A stretch of DNA of 64,000 nt from Klebsormidium nitens (taxonomy: Eukaryota > Plantae > Klebsormidiophyceae). Both the position numbers and the translations under genes were made by a program. Below are positions 1-12,700 of the stretch, one piece after another. The notes under the pieces are model-generated. The model was not told the DNA's origin and did not search any database. It was given only the letters and a program-made list of their open reading frames with translations. Numbering within the stretch: position 1 is the first letter of the stretch; each line of letters opens with the position of its first letter. The DNA is taken from NCBI GenBank assembly GCA_000708835.1, contig DF237055.1, positions 133,758 through 197,757 of the forward strand, written 5' to 3'.

Positions 1-3000
1 TCGTTCTCGTTCTGGTCCGAAAGCGGCCGAAGGTGCCGCCCGAGGCGCCTCCGGACGTCCGCAACTGTTTCCCCGGACGCGAAAGTGAGCTTCAATGTGC
101 CCACGATCCTTCCGTCACGGACCCGCATCTGCAGAAAGGGGGAAGCCCGCATGAGCAATGAAAGTCGACTGCCATCTGGAGCGCTGCTCCGACTTGTTGC
201 ATTAGGACAACCCGCCACGATGCAATCAGAAAGGTATAGAAAGAAATCCACTTCTGACATTGCAAGATTGCGAATGCCCGCCTGGCTTAGCTACCCAACC
301 AGCTCCTTCCGAGCACCTTCGAATTACAAAAGTAGAAAACGGGGTGTGATTGGCAGGACGGAAATTGCACAGAACAATCTGTCAAGTGCCTTTAGAAAAC
401 GTTTAGACACAAACTTCCGCACCTGCTGCCCCTTCCAAGCACGCCGCAGAATACAGTCAGCCTTACACTGCCACTACTACCGATAGAAGGTGTGCATCAT
501 TCTCGTGTTAAAGTTCAAGCCTTGCTCGGACACGGGAGGTTTACCGTTATGGCTCTGCACTCGAACATTCCTTACCAGCTTGATCTTCCGCTTCTTCCTG
601 TTTCCGTTCTCCTGTCCGTCCTCCGGCGGGGGTGATAAGAGCTCCGGATGGAACTGCTGCACCCTACCCTCTGACGATGTCCCATAGCTTATGGAGCGGA
701 GCAAGCTGCTAGAGGGGGCCACATGGAGGGTGCTATCATGGGAGACCGCTGCGTCCCATAAGAGCCACGCCTCGTCCAAGGTCTTCCCATTGAAAGTAAC
801 CTGGCAGCAAGGGGAGGCGAAGACTTAACGACAGAGTCTAGGATGCGTCAAGGCGAAATGCACCACCTTTCGTTTCTTGTTGTATCATGGCATAGCATGC
901 AGCAAGAAAAGCCATGAGAACGTGTTTAGATCCAACTGAAGGGGAATGCTGTTGCAGGCTGTTCGAACTGTGAAGGTCAGCCTGGGCAGCGAGCGAGGCG
1001 CAAGAACGAAGGGAAGGCAGAATATGAAGATTGCCTTATGTGACCGGCTCATCTGAGCTGTGTCACATGCTCAAGTAGCCGCTCAAACCAGTGACCTTGA
1101 CCACCTCAGAACATGCATTCCGAGTATCACAGATCCTACTCTGGCTGTCTTGAGCCCAAACCTCAACCAGCGCAATATAGTGACAACACGCACTCACTTT
1201 CTGCTGGTCCGCCGGCAGCCCCGTCCGATTCTCCACCGCTACCATCACGTCTCGAACGCGATCCCTTCCAGACACAACGACCGACACTTCCCGGCCGTCC
1301 AAGGTGCTGACATGGACAACCATCCGGCGGTGGGCGCGCTCCTTAGGAGCATCCCCCGTGCAGCACAGATCGAGGACAGAGTCGGCGTAAACGGCGTGAA
1401 GGCCTTCGAAGTCCGCCATTTGCGCGTCATCGTGCATGATGCACCCGGCGGAAGAGAGGGTTTGGTGGTGGACGGGGGTGCTGAGCAGGGAGCAAAGCAT
1501 CTGGACGGGGGATGAAAGTGAAGGGTTAGGAGAGAATAGCAACAGGGTTTGTGAGGAATATCGGACCGGTACTCAGAGGTTTCTCAAAAAAACTGAAAAC
1601 ATGGCTGACCTTTCTGCTCCTTGATAATGCATTTCGGAGTCTGATGAACCAAGCAGAAGAGTAAATGACGAGGCGTTCGAAAAGGTGGTGCTACAGCAGT
1701 GGTTAACAGAGAGTGCTTGAAAGGGGTTAGGAGAACATTGATACCGGGGGTTGACATTAGCCACTATTCACGATGTTCAGAATGCGACAAGGAGAAGGGG
1801 GCTTTGCGAAATTGGAAAGAGCAGGTGCGTCATCAAAGCAGTTCTTTCTTTGCTGACGTAGATGCTATTGTTGTCTGGGTGGGGAAGACAAGGAACCATG
1901 CATATACCTATTGCAGTGAAGCGAGGTGGTCTAGGGGATCAGGTTCTCAAATTTTTTGGGGTCAGGATGTGCCGGTCTTCAGAAGCAAAACTAGCGGACC
2001 ACATCAAACATCTACCAATCTGGAGAGATTGCATTCCAACATGGTTCTCTCACATTCATTTCCACCAATTTGCCGCCGACAACCACTCCAAGTGAACCGA
2101 CTTCAGCAGCAGAGCCGCTCTGCTTTTCCACAGTGTTTTCTTCAAGTGCCTAATCAGAAAAGAGCGGGATCCACCTACCTCTTTCAGAAACCGGACCCTC
2201 GTCGTGGGCCTTATCCCCAGCAGCGGCAGCAGCCCCGCCTTTGTCTCAACAAACACGCGCCCTCCATCGTCCTGATCCAACAGCGCCGGAAGCACTCTCA
2301 ACCTCAGAACCGCATGGTCTACGATGTGCTTCTCTGCTAATCGGTCATCATCAAAAAGCTCAATCTGGCTCGCTGCGTGCGCGCCCCAGAGAGACAGCGA
2401 GTCCTCGTCGACGAAGAGTTGGGAGGTTTCGGCGGATGGTTCGCAGAGGAAGGCGTGCGGAAGATATGTTGCGGGCTGCGAGTCGGCGAGCTCTTCGAAG
2501 AGGGGGGCGGTCAGCTCCTGAAGAATTGAACGGGGTGAAAACATTTTAGCAGATTTTCCGGATGAGAACTACAAATGCTGGAAACATTTTGGTTGAGGTC
2601 ATCAAGGGACAGAAGATCAACGGATATATGAGAAGGATGCGGCTCGCATGGCAATGCAGGCACGCAGGTGCTAAGTGATAAGCTGGTCACAAAGCGCAAC
2701 TTCCACAGAAAAGAAAACTTTTTAAACAAACAGGCCTCAACCCGCGCCAGCAGCTGAAGCCTCCTGATTTGAGGCCATTGTTGAAAAGCGTGTTAAAGGC
2801 CAGTGAAACCTGATGTTCAAATGCAGAGAGCCTTGAAGACAAACTCTGCTTTTATCTTCATCTTCAAGTGTCCATTGACCCATGCAAACCAGCAGCGATC
2901 AGCTCCTATTGGATCATGATTTTCTTCGTCGGTAATGCAGGATGACATAAATAATGTGGGGGACAAAGAATTTGAGAGGTTACCAAAACCAAAGCTCTGG

Positions 3001-4461
3001 AGCACGTAAATCGGGATGAGCGGAAGGAGCAAAAGCACAATGACTCGTATGCTCCTGAACCAGTGCATGTCTTGGGCAGTCCAATCAGCTACAAACTCCT
3101 GGAAGGATGCTAACCCCACAATGTTAGGTATCCATATCAATGCTGTCGCCCATGAGTGGATAGCCCAAGCTAAAAACTCCTTGCTTTGTTAACACGGACA
3201 CTGCTTCTTATCTCTGACAGGATCGGGTAAAAGAAGAAGGCTACACTATCGCCAAAGCGAGTTGCGCTGATCAAGACAAAGTCTGTTTTCGAAAGTACGG
3301 CTGTGGCAGACCTCAAAAATAGGTCTGCACTGCGAGCAAGTAGACAATCCAAATCTCCTCAATCAAATCGTACCCAAGCCAATGCCAAGCACAGGGGTTC
3401 GCGCACAAGGAAAAGAACTGAAGCCAACAATATTGCAGGGGAGCTCAAGTTTGCTGGGTTGGGTTGGGTTTGACCAACCGAGCCAGCTTGGGTTGCAACT
3501 GCAAATGGTTGTATAGAATGTGTATACAACCTCGCAGGATTTCGGACATACCGATGGCATGCACTATTCTCTGTTTAATGAATCTTCCAACAAAGCAAAT
3601 ACAGACCATGCAAGCATAAAGTTGGGACCTTTTCCCTTCCCTCCTTCCCCTGTTGGAAGATGGTTTGAGCAGCAAGAATACAGAAACCTTACAGAAAGCG
3701 CGTGAAAGCAAGGTGGGATTCCAGTTACACTACAACTCATCGGGTCTGTCTGTCCGCTAATGTCCTTCACCAACGTCAGCCCTCACGGACTGGAGGGGTG
3801 GTTAACAGCAATGTAAGAACAGATCACTGCAGATCCCTGATGAAACACAGAATACGCCTCACAAAAACACAATCAACATTGTGTTTGAGTGATGCGGTAA
3901 AAAAGGAAACGCAGCTTGCCCTTCAAGAGGGGATCCACAATATTCAGAATCAGAATTTGGGAACGGAATTGTATTTTGAGACGAGGAGCTCTGCAAAGAG
4001 TTGTGTGCCTGAATTGAAGGACTCCACGTTGTGAGCTCACACAAGCTTTGAGACAAAATCGCTGACCAAAGTCAGAGACTTCAGCTCAACCATCTGTTGA
4101 AAGTGGTCAATCTCAGACTTTCAGGTTAAACAATATGCAATCACATCATGCATGAAAGTGACAGAAATACTTGGCCTGCGACTACACAGGAATGTAGCGA
4201 ACACTTTGCAGCAATCCCTTGCCAACAGGTCAACTGGCAAGACTTTGAAAGTTTCAACTTGTTGTCAGAAGGTGATGCCCAGAGTCGTACCTGCAGATCA
4301 AGCGGCACCCCAAGTCTCTCCTGCACAAAGCCCTTGATCTGCTCGCCCACCGTCCCCCTGGGGTCCACATTGGGAATCACAATCCTCTGATCTGCCGGTG
4401 AAACCACCAACTGCCCCTGCTGTGCCGTATGATAGACCTGTAGCAGGACAGTGATCGCCAT
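1..4461 (-). CDS. Tandem multi-ubiquitin-like (Ubl) domain protein, 3' end outside window
   Basis: Exons 4461-4291, 2517-2179, 1500-1198, 800-576, 128-<1, all GT-AG and phase 0. The spliced product has 3 complete and 1 partial divergent Ubl folds, e.g. MVVHVSTLDGREVSVVVSGRDRVRDVMVAVENRTGLPADQQK|VTFNGKTLDEAWLLWDAAVSHDSTLHV, which follows ubiquitin [35 protein letters not shown]. No LRGG junctions. Confidence 0.7.
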
Positions 4462-4860
4462 ACCCCGCGGCGCTAATTTACACACAAACACCTCTTTTCT
4501 CAGCAGACCCAGACCACGATGCGCCTGCTGTCAGCTGGACTCCATTGCCGGAGGAAAGTCCACGTCTTGTATTCATCCCTCGTCCATCTCTTGATCAGCT
4601 CAACCCTTGTGGTTGCAGCCGACCTTTTGCAGCTTCGAAGCTTCTGAAGTCTAGCAACCGCGAACAAGCTCAACAGCAGTTGCTCAGATACCGGTACCTA
4701 CCGTACACGGTACAGAACACAGTGCACATGCACCCCGGAACGGTACCGTCTGGTCCAGTAGCGTAGACACGGACCACGGACCTCCACGCCGCACGGTACA
4801 ATGTTCTCCGGTCCATCGTACGGTCGCTGTGCTTACGATACCGTACCATAGGTGATAGAC

Positions 4861-5415
4861 ATCAAGTTTACGACGCCCAAGGCTACGTTGCCCAATGGTA
4901 GCTACGATTTTCAACATTTGCCGCGATTCGGCGAAGGACCCCCCTCTCTGCCTAGACAACATTGGGGCGCTCGGGTGGAGGTCCCAGCGTTTCAGCGGCG
5001 GCCGGTCTGGGTCCAGGCCCGTTATCCAACCAGTAATCGGTGCTCCGCAAAGTGGCGCCGGTGACGATCGGTCGTACAACGTACAAGAGATGCCGGCCAA
5101 CAAAAGCACCCGGGAGATTGAAGATGTCCACCGAGCCTGGAGGCCTGCGTACCAGGCGCTTAAGTCTACCGCGGTACGTACTGCCGAATTCACCGGGCCG
5201 TAGTGTCTAGAAAAGACATGCTCGGTAACCTGGAATTGTTGTTCCCCTTGGTACAAAATAGCGTGCAGTGAGGGTCTAGCCTTGAACCGTCAGATGACAT
5301 CCGCTATCGATCGGAGGGCTCAAGTAGGCCACGCTGGCAAAAGCAGTGGCACGTCATCCTGTATCGAATCGTGACCAAGTTTGGGCGTCGTAGCCTTGGG
5401 CGTCGTAAACTTGAT
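4861..5415. repeat. 27-bp perfect inverted repeat pair, imperfectly extending inward; possible MITE/foldback remnant
   Basis: 4861-4887 ATCAAGTTTACGACGCCCAAGGCTACG is the exact reverse complement of 5389-5415. No TSD or ORF identified, so the TE reading is tentative. Confidence 0.55.
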
Positions 5416-6732
5416 ACCTGTATCTATAATTCCAGCTCCCTGCCACCTGGCCCCTGCGCCTGTAATGTAGAAACAGGTACCGCGGGCCTTCACATCCCCG
5501 CCTGCAGGCCCGCTGGGGCGTGCGCAAACCCCTCGTAACCAAGTTGTCCACGTGGTCAGAATAGAGAGCGTTCATCGGCCTGACGATCTAGAAAACACGA
5601 AATGGGTTTGGCCATAACCAGAATGTAAGGTATCCAGCAGAGCTAAACGGTAAGTACCTTCTGAAGTACCGTAGTACGTGACCGGTATCCGGATTCCGAA
5701 AGTCATCCATTGCTGTGTGCACGGCTCCTGCCAGCTCGCTGCCTGGGATGCACGGTACCGGTAACACACATCCAATAGGTAGGACGGTAGGTACCTGGTG
5801 GACTCAGCCTTATACGGTACACCTAAAGCCGCCCGCTTTTCGCATACGGTATAGAATTCAGAATGCAAGACAGACGGTAGAGTCGGGGAGACTCGGCTAC
5901 AGCACTGAGCAGCTACCTAGTAGGTATACCTACCTATATCTCATTAACCAATATGAGATATACCTATACGAAATGATGAGAGTACACGTGTCAAAGGGCG
6001 CCAGGTATGCCAACCATATGCCAGATGGCCACTTCTGAGCCCCAAAGTCCGGATAAGCAGGGAAATCTCGTTACAAAGCTCTCTGAATCGTCATGATGTT
6101 TGTGACCTGTCCTCGGGAAATTTACCGTACGGCAATGGGCAATGATTACTCAAAGGGTAGCCGGCCGGCTCCGAGGCTCCGGAGTCCGGACGTTTCCCTA
6201 ACTAAGGCCTAATGCTACCCGCGTTAATTAACGTCTTTCTGGCACGCTTTCGGCGGCTGCGTGCGATCAGTTTGTATCCATGATCACTGGCATTGGATGA
6301 TCTGTGATCATTCTAGGCCTTCCAAGCCTAATTCAAAACTCCACACTACCGTCGGCAGCATGGTGAGCTAGCTGAGTGAAAACGTCTTCATCCCTTCCAA
6401 AGTAGCCGATTGTCGCAAATTGCAACACCACGAGCTCAATTTGTGCAGATGAATAGCCCAGAGTCATTCGCCCTTTTGAAATCCCAATGGCTTGTTCCAA
6501 CTGTATTGTAAGTTGAAGTCAGCATTAATTTGCGCCTGAATCCCAACCAAAAGTCAGTTGAAGTCCTAGTCCCCTTAGACAGATGTAAACTGGAACTTGC
6601 ATGGATGTACAAAGGTTAATGATACTCCGACCACAATCCACACACATTGGAATCATCCGGATTTGAGAGCCTGGTATCCGATCTCTGCTAGGACAACGCT
6701 TTTCTTGCTTTCCTTGCTTCTTCAAGAGTACT

Positions 6733-9700
6733 CTAGTCTCTCAGTTTGAGGAACATTCTCTTGAGGATCCTTGCTTCTTGCGAAACGGTCCTTGGGGCCG
6801 ATTCACCCTCCCCTCGTCCCGCACCTGGCGCCCCGTAGCCGCTGCCTGGGTCGCCGTTGGTTATGCGGGTGGGAATACTCTTCCCGTGCAGGTCGGCCGC
6901 GTCGAGAAACGCCATAATCTCGGTGAAAGTCGCATCCTAGAAATAAAAAGGAGCGTTAGACTCGGAGGCTGGCCTGAGCGAGAAGCTAGTTTCGGATCGA
7001 GGGTAATTTGACATTCTTCCGCAGGATCCGGCGATGATGGTTTGAACCAGACGCCATTTTCTTCAGCAATACTTTGTGTTTGGGCGGCTTTCCGGGCTGT
7101 TTGCAGAAAACCGAGAAAACACCTGGCCGATCAAAAGGAAGCCTCAACGAATAATTTTTGAACCCCCACGAGCATCCTTTGGGTGGTGGGATAAATTGAA
7201 TACCTGTGGCTCGAGGCCTCCCCATCAGGCGCACATAAGACCTCCAAAAGTCAGGACGCACAAAGGCGATCCGGTTCGCGGAAATTGAACGGATCGCGGT
7301 GCAGCCCATAACACGGATACTGAGAGCAGCGAATCCTGGGATAGAAACGAGTCGTCGCTCACCTTGCACACGAGCATGTGTTTGGAGACGCTTTCTATGA
7401 AGGCCAGGAAGCACCGCTTGGCGTAGAACCACGTGTCCGTCTCGATCTTCTTTGCGTACGGCTCGAGGCTCTTGATGATCCGGCTGATCCCGAACTCGAA
7501 GTTTTGCTTGGCGCAGTACAGCGTACCGATCACCAGGTTGACGATGCACAGGTGGAAGCATAGCTTATACGGGTCCTGCGACTGGACCTTCTCCTCTTCC
7601 TTCTCGATCTTGCGCATCAGCTCCTCAGCCGACTCGTTCTGCGGGGAAGCCAAGAGGATTTTAGGGGAGCGGGCAAAGCGTGTCAGGAACCGGAAGCTGT
7701 AGGGGTGGTTGACGATTGCAAAGAAGTCTCGTTGGCGCTTTGAACAAGCACCGTGTTTGGACGTGCTGAGAACGGCTGCGCAATTATTATGAACCAATGG
7801 TGGATAGAGTGTTGTCATCCGGTGCGGACACACTTGAGTTGAACGGAGCGCGGACGCAAAGGATTCAGCGTGAGCCAAATCCTCCGAAGTGCGGACAAGT
7901 CACAAGGACGGATGCGGACGGGAGCAGACGAGAGCGGACAGGACCTGAGGCGGACGGAACGGGAACGGAACGAACTTGCCATCCGACATTAGCGGGCAAA
8001 AGCGGACGGGATGCGGACGAAAGCCTGAAACTTATGCATCAGCAACGCAGGCGCTACTGGACGGATTGGCGACGGCAGCGGACAAACTGCGGACAAAGTG
8101 CGGATGCGATAGAGATGCTTCAGAAAAGGTTTGGATGGAGCCGGACGGATGCGGGCGGGTTGCAGAGGTTCGTACCTGGCTGGTCATGATGTAGGAGACG
8201 CAGAGGTTGGCGAGAACGATGGCACTGACGCTGAGGATGTTGTCCGTGTGCTTTTGGACGATCATCTCGTAATACTTGAGCGCCTCCTTGAACTTGGTCT
8301 CCTGTACAAACGGAAAGGAAAAACGGGGAATGAGTTGAACAGTCGAAGAGGGATCAAAATGATTGGCATTGAGGAGTGCGAAGCAGGCGGCTGAGAGGGT
8401 CACATGATCGTCCCGTAGTCGTTGAGCGCCTCCTTGAACTTGGTCTCCTGTGACAACGGCAATCGAGGTTGGGAATCTCAAGAACGCAGACTCCTGACGT
8501 TATTGTCGAAGTACTAAAAGGCTTCCTTGAACCTGGTCTTCTATGGAACAAATATTGAAGTCACTCATTGGAATCCTTATGTAAGTCGAAGATGACAGGG
8601 CTGCGGGGTTTGAAAAAGGGCGTCTGAGCAGGCAAGCCAATTCCTTCGTAATACTTGAGCGCCTCCTTGAACTTGGTCTCCTAGGGATGCAAGGAGGAGG
8701 GTCAGTGGCCGAAGTCTGAGAGTGTGAGGCGGCGGCTATAGAAAGGGGTGGAGTATTTTAAAGAGGGGGTCAGATTCCAAGGTGCCCGCACTTGAGACCT
8801 ACGAGAAAGAGTCATCCACGGCCCACACTTTGCGTCGAGACCTTCGTCGGCGACTCAGCTAGTCCCGGAAGGATCAAGTTGGTCGCCCAGAGGATCGGGA
8901 TCTTTCTAGGGCTGCCTGTCTGCGCGGCGCCTTCCTTTCGCAACGAAGGCACTCTATGACAACGAATCTTTTGATTCTCACTTGGGTTCAATCTCGTCGC
9001 CGACTCCCAACAAGCGTCATGCAGGAAATGGCAAAGAAGCATGCCCCAAGCACAAGCAAGCAAAGCTCGCGAACCGCAGAGTGCATGGAAAACAAGCCAC
9101 GTGTGCACTGACCTGCATGAAGAACGTGTGCGCGACGTTGAGCTTCCACGTGTCGTGCTCGGAGCAGAACTCGGCGGACTGGCGGAAGATGAGCTCCACC
9201 TGGCTGTAGTTCTCCAGGTCCCAGTAGATGCGAGCCATCGCCATCAGCCCAGGAATGTAACTCTGCGGAGAATGGAGTTCAAGTATTACCACTCTATGAT
9301 CAACGGCTGATGCCCCTCTTGAATAGTCGTCGAACCGCTGAGGAATGTCTTACCCACATCTATCTGTTGAGACTACACTTGCAGTCGAGAAGCCAATTCA
9401 CGAGCAGACCTTTTATCACGATTGGACCTTGAAAATTCAGAATCCCCTTTTAAGAAACAATCATCTCAGACTCCCACTTGAGTTTGACTCCCGCTCACCT
9501 CCAGTGCCTCGTCGTACTCGTTGATTGCCTTCTTGATTGCTTCGTTGTCCCTCGCTTTTCGGCCGTCCTGGATCGACTTGGTCAGCCGCCGAAGGACGTC
9601 CACGTGGCGGCTCGCCAGCTCGTCGTACTTCCGATACGCCTCCTGCAGCCGTCCGATCGACACGTAAGTGCCAGGACAAGGGTTTCAATTCCCCTGCGTG

Positions 9701-12700
9701 CTAGAGAAAGAAAGTTGAAGCACAAACACTCTGAAGCAAGCACTCCCTTCAATAGTGATCGCGGAGACCCGCTCAAGATCCCCCTGGGATTTTTGAACGT
9801 AGACCTCGCAACAATGTTGGACAGTTGTTTGGAAGCAAGCTGCCAAGTTGAAGCTTCGAAGACGTTGACGCCTTCGCATGACGAGACGCGACGAATGAGA
9901 TTATGCGCTTTCCGAAGCTACTGCGTTTACGCATTTCAGCGCTCCAGGGATATGGCTTTAAAGTAAAATGTTTAGAGGTTAAGAGTCCAGGAAATATGAG
10001 TTTAGGGTTCAGGGTTAAGCGCACCTCCGGCACGGTCTGCCGCAGAATGGTCGCGTCCAGGTAGTCGTACAGGTCACGTGACAGGTGCGTGTACGTCAGG
10101 TGCGTGTTCTCCGCCATGACGTCAGCGGCCAGATCGTAGAACTGGTGCGTCGGCTTGCAGTAGAGCAGCAGCAGGTTGCCGAACGTTTCAGGGGGAAACG
10201 GAGGGTTCTGCAAGGGGAGTTTGGGGAAGGACGAAGTCAGAGAGACTTGCAGGGGCAATAGTAGGGGCAAGCGGCAACGTTTAGTTGGCCGCTGTTACAC
10301 GGGCCCATTACATTGAGAGGGAACGAAGCCACAGGTTTTCGGGCTTGGCTCGAGAAACCTTGAAAGAGCGCCTGAATGTCCAGCGTCGCTTGATTGTCGG
10401 TTTGCTGTGTTAACTCTCAGATCTGCTCTTAGGCGCTCACGCGCCTGGAGTCATCACCGCTCGCTCACCCACCTCAAGACGGTGAAATGCTTATAGGCCC
10501 ATACCGGAAGAATAGAATAACCGCGCACTAAACCCCACCTCATGGAAAAGATTGACTTTTCTGAGTCCGGTGGTCGGACCCTCGTCCATGCACATAAGCT
10601 CCTCATGGTCACTGGTTCAAAGCTTACCTCAAAATTGCTTGTAAGCTCTTGCTGATTTACCCGAAGTGATAAGCGCTCGCTAACCCACCTGAAGAAGGAA
10701 GTCAAGCTTCCTAAATCCGGTCGTCGGGTCCTCGTCCATATACATAAGCGCCTCGTTGTGCAACGTCACCAGATCAAAACCCGCCCCTTAAGCCCTCAAC
10801 ACTGCTCATAAGCGCTCACTAAATCTTATTAACCGCTCACTAACCCACCTGAAGAAGGAAGTTGAGTTTCCTAAACCCGGTGGTCGGGTCGTCGTCCATG
10901 TACATAAGCGCCTGATTGTGCAGCGTCACCGGATCGAGCTCCTCCTCTGACCGGGGCGGCATGTCGTTCAGCGCTTCCTTAGCCGCGTCCGTGCTTTTCA
11001 TGACGTATTCGATGGCGGCCTTCAAATTGAACGCCTCGATGAGCGCGCTCTCGCGCAGCGTCTGGCTGTTGCCCACGCTGCGGACCTCCAGGCCGTCCAT
11101 GTAGCTGCGGACACAAATTGGACGGTCAATTCGGACGGTTTTCTAGTCCAGGCCGTCCAGTAGCTGCGGAGGGATCACAACGGGCGTTCGATTCGGGCGT
11201 TTTCCAATCGAGGCCGTCCAGTTGCTGTGAACGGACACAAAATGGACGGTCGATTCCAACACTTTTCAAACCAGGCCGTAAAGTGTAAATTTGATTTTAA
11301 AGCGGACGGTCGATGCGGACGCTCCTTGAAGTGTCTGGCTGTTGCCCACGCTGCGGACCTCCAGGCCGTCCATGTAGCTGCGGACACAGATCGGACGGTC
11401 AATTTCGGAAGTTTTTTTATCCAGGCAGTCCAGTAGCTGCGGAAGGACCACAACGGACGTTTGATTTGGACGTGTGTCGATCCAGGCCGTCCATGTAGCT
11501 GCCGACGCAGAACGGACGGTCGATTCAGACGTTTTTCAAACCGGCCGTGAAACTTTGCTTCGGTTACAAACGGACGGTCAATGCAGACGCTCCCTAAAGT
11601 ATCTGGCTGTTGCCCACGGTGCGGACCTCCAGGCCGTCCATGTAGCTGGGGACGACAAATCGGACGTTCGGATCGGACGGGTTTGGATTATTGGCCTCCA
11701 CTTAGCTACGGACACAAGACGGACGCTTGATTTCGACGTTTTGCGACTCAGGCCGTCACTTAGCTGCAGATGGAGACGAAACTGACGGTCATTCCGACCT
11801 TTTCAATTCGGCCATAAATCTTTGCTTCGAATACAAAACGGACGGTCAATGCGGACACTCCTTCAAGTGTTTGGCTGTTGCCCACGCTGCGGACTCCAGG
11901 CCGTCCATGTAGCTGCGGACACAAAACGGACGTTCATTTCGGACCATTTTCAAGACGGGCGTCGTGAGACCTGTAACGCTTTGGCCACCAGATTGCCCGC
12001 ATGCAGTATTCCGGGTCGCTCGGACCTCAAGGGCATCCATTTACGTACCTGCCCAGACAAAACGGACCTTCGATTCGACAGATCTCTTCAGGCCGTCCAC
12101 TTAGTTGCGGACACAAAGCGGACGGTCACTTGGGCAGTCTTCTAAGGGCGTAAAATGGATGTTTAAATTGGACAGTCGAGAAATAGGCGTCTCTGATCCA
12201 AACTGCGGTTGGAACCGGATAGGTCGAGACTTGGGAGTAGCACGACGTGTCTACGCCCCCTCATGCACAGTTGAAAGGTCACGGACGTAGCCGAGCGTTC
12301 CATCCCGAGTATTGGACCGTTGAACCCGGTAGATGCGCATTTTGAGAGATTGCATTTTAGACGCCACTTCAAAGCTCGGCATCACCATAATCTCGTATCA
12401 AAGGCATAGGAGTGTTGAAGGGTCAAAAGAAAGGGGTATTCTAGGCAGTGGACGCCACTGGGGGGCCAACGTGTTGTTTCCCTCGAAGAGAGTCTTTTGA
12501 CCAACCCAGGGCCGCCTTTCGAGCGGGGGCGGTTTCGCATCTTTTCAGAATGCGATTTGTTCTGCCCGGTCAAATATTCTGCAAAATCCACATGCTAGCT
12601 TCAACGGCCAGCGCAATTGTGGATTTCGAAGAGACTCACCTGCCAACACTCAACTCCGGGTGATCCCTCACGCCCTTTTCGATGATCTCGGCGACGTGCT

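Noticed and set aside
1699-2340. 213-aa plus-strand ORF
   Set aside because: Alternative start, no motif, overlaps an intron and exon of the minus-strand Ubl gene.
11063-12130. CRISPR-like or TE-derived reading of the IFT70 intronic array
   Set aside because: The repeat unit is the exon 6 junction itself, and spacers are homologous to each other.
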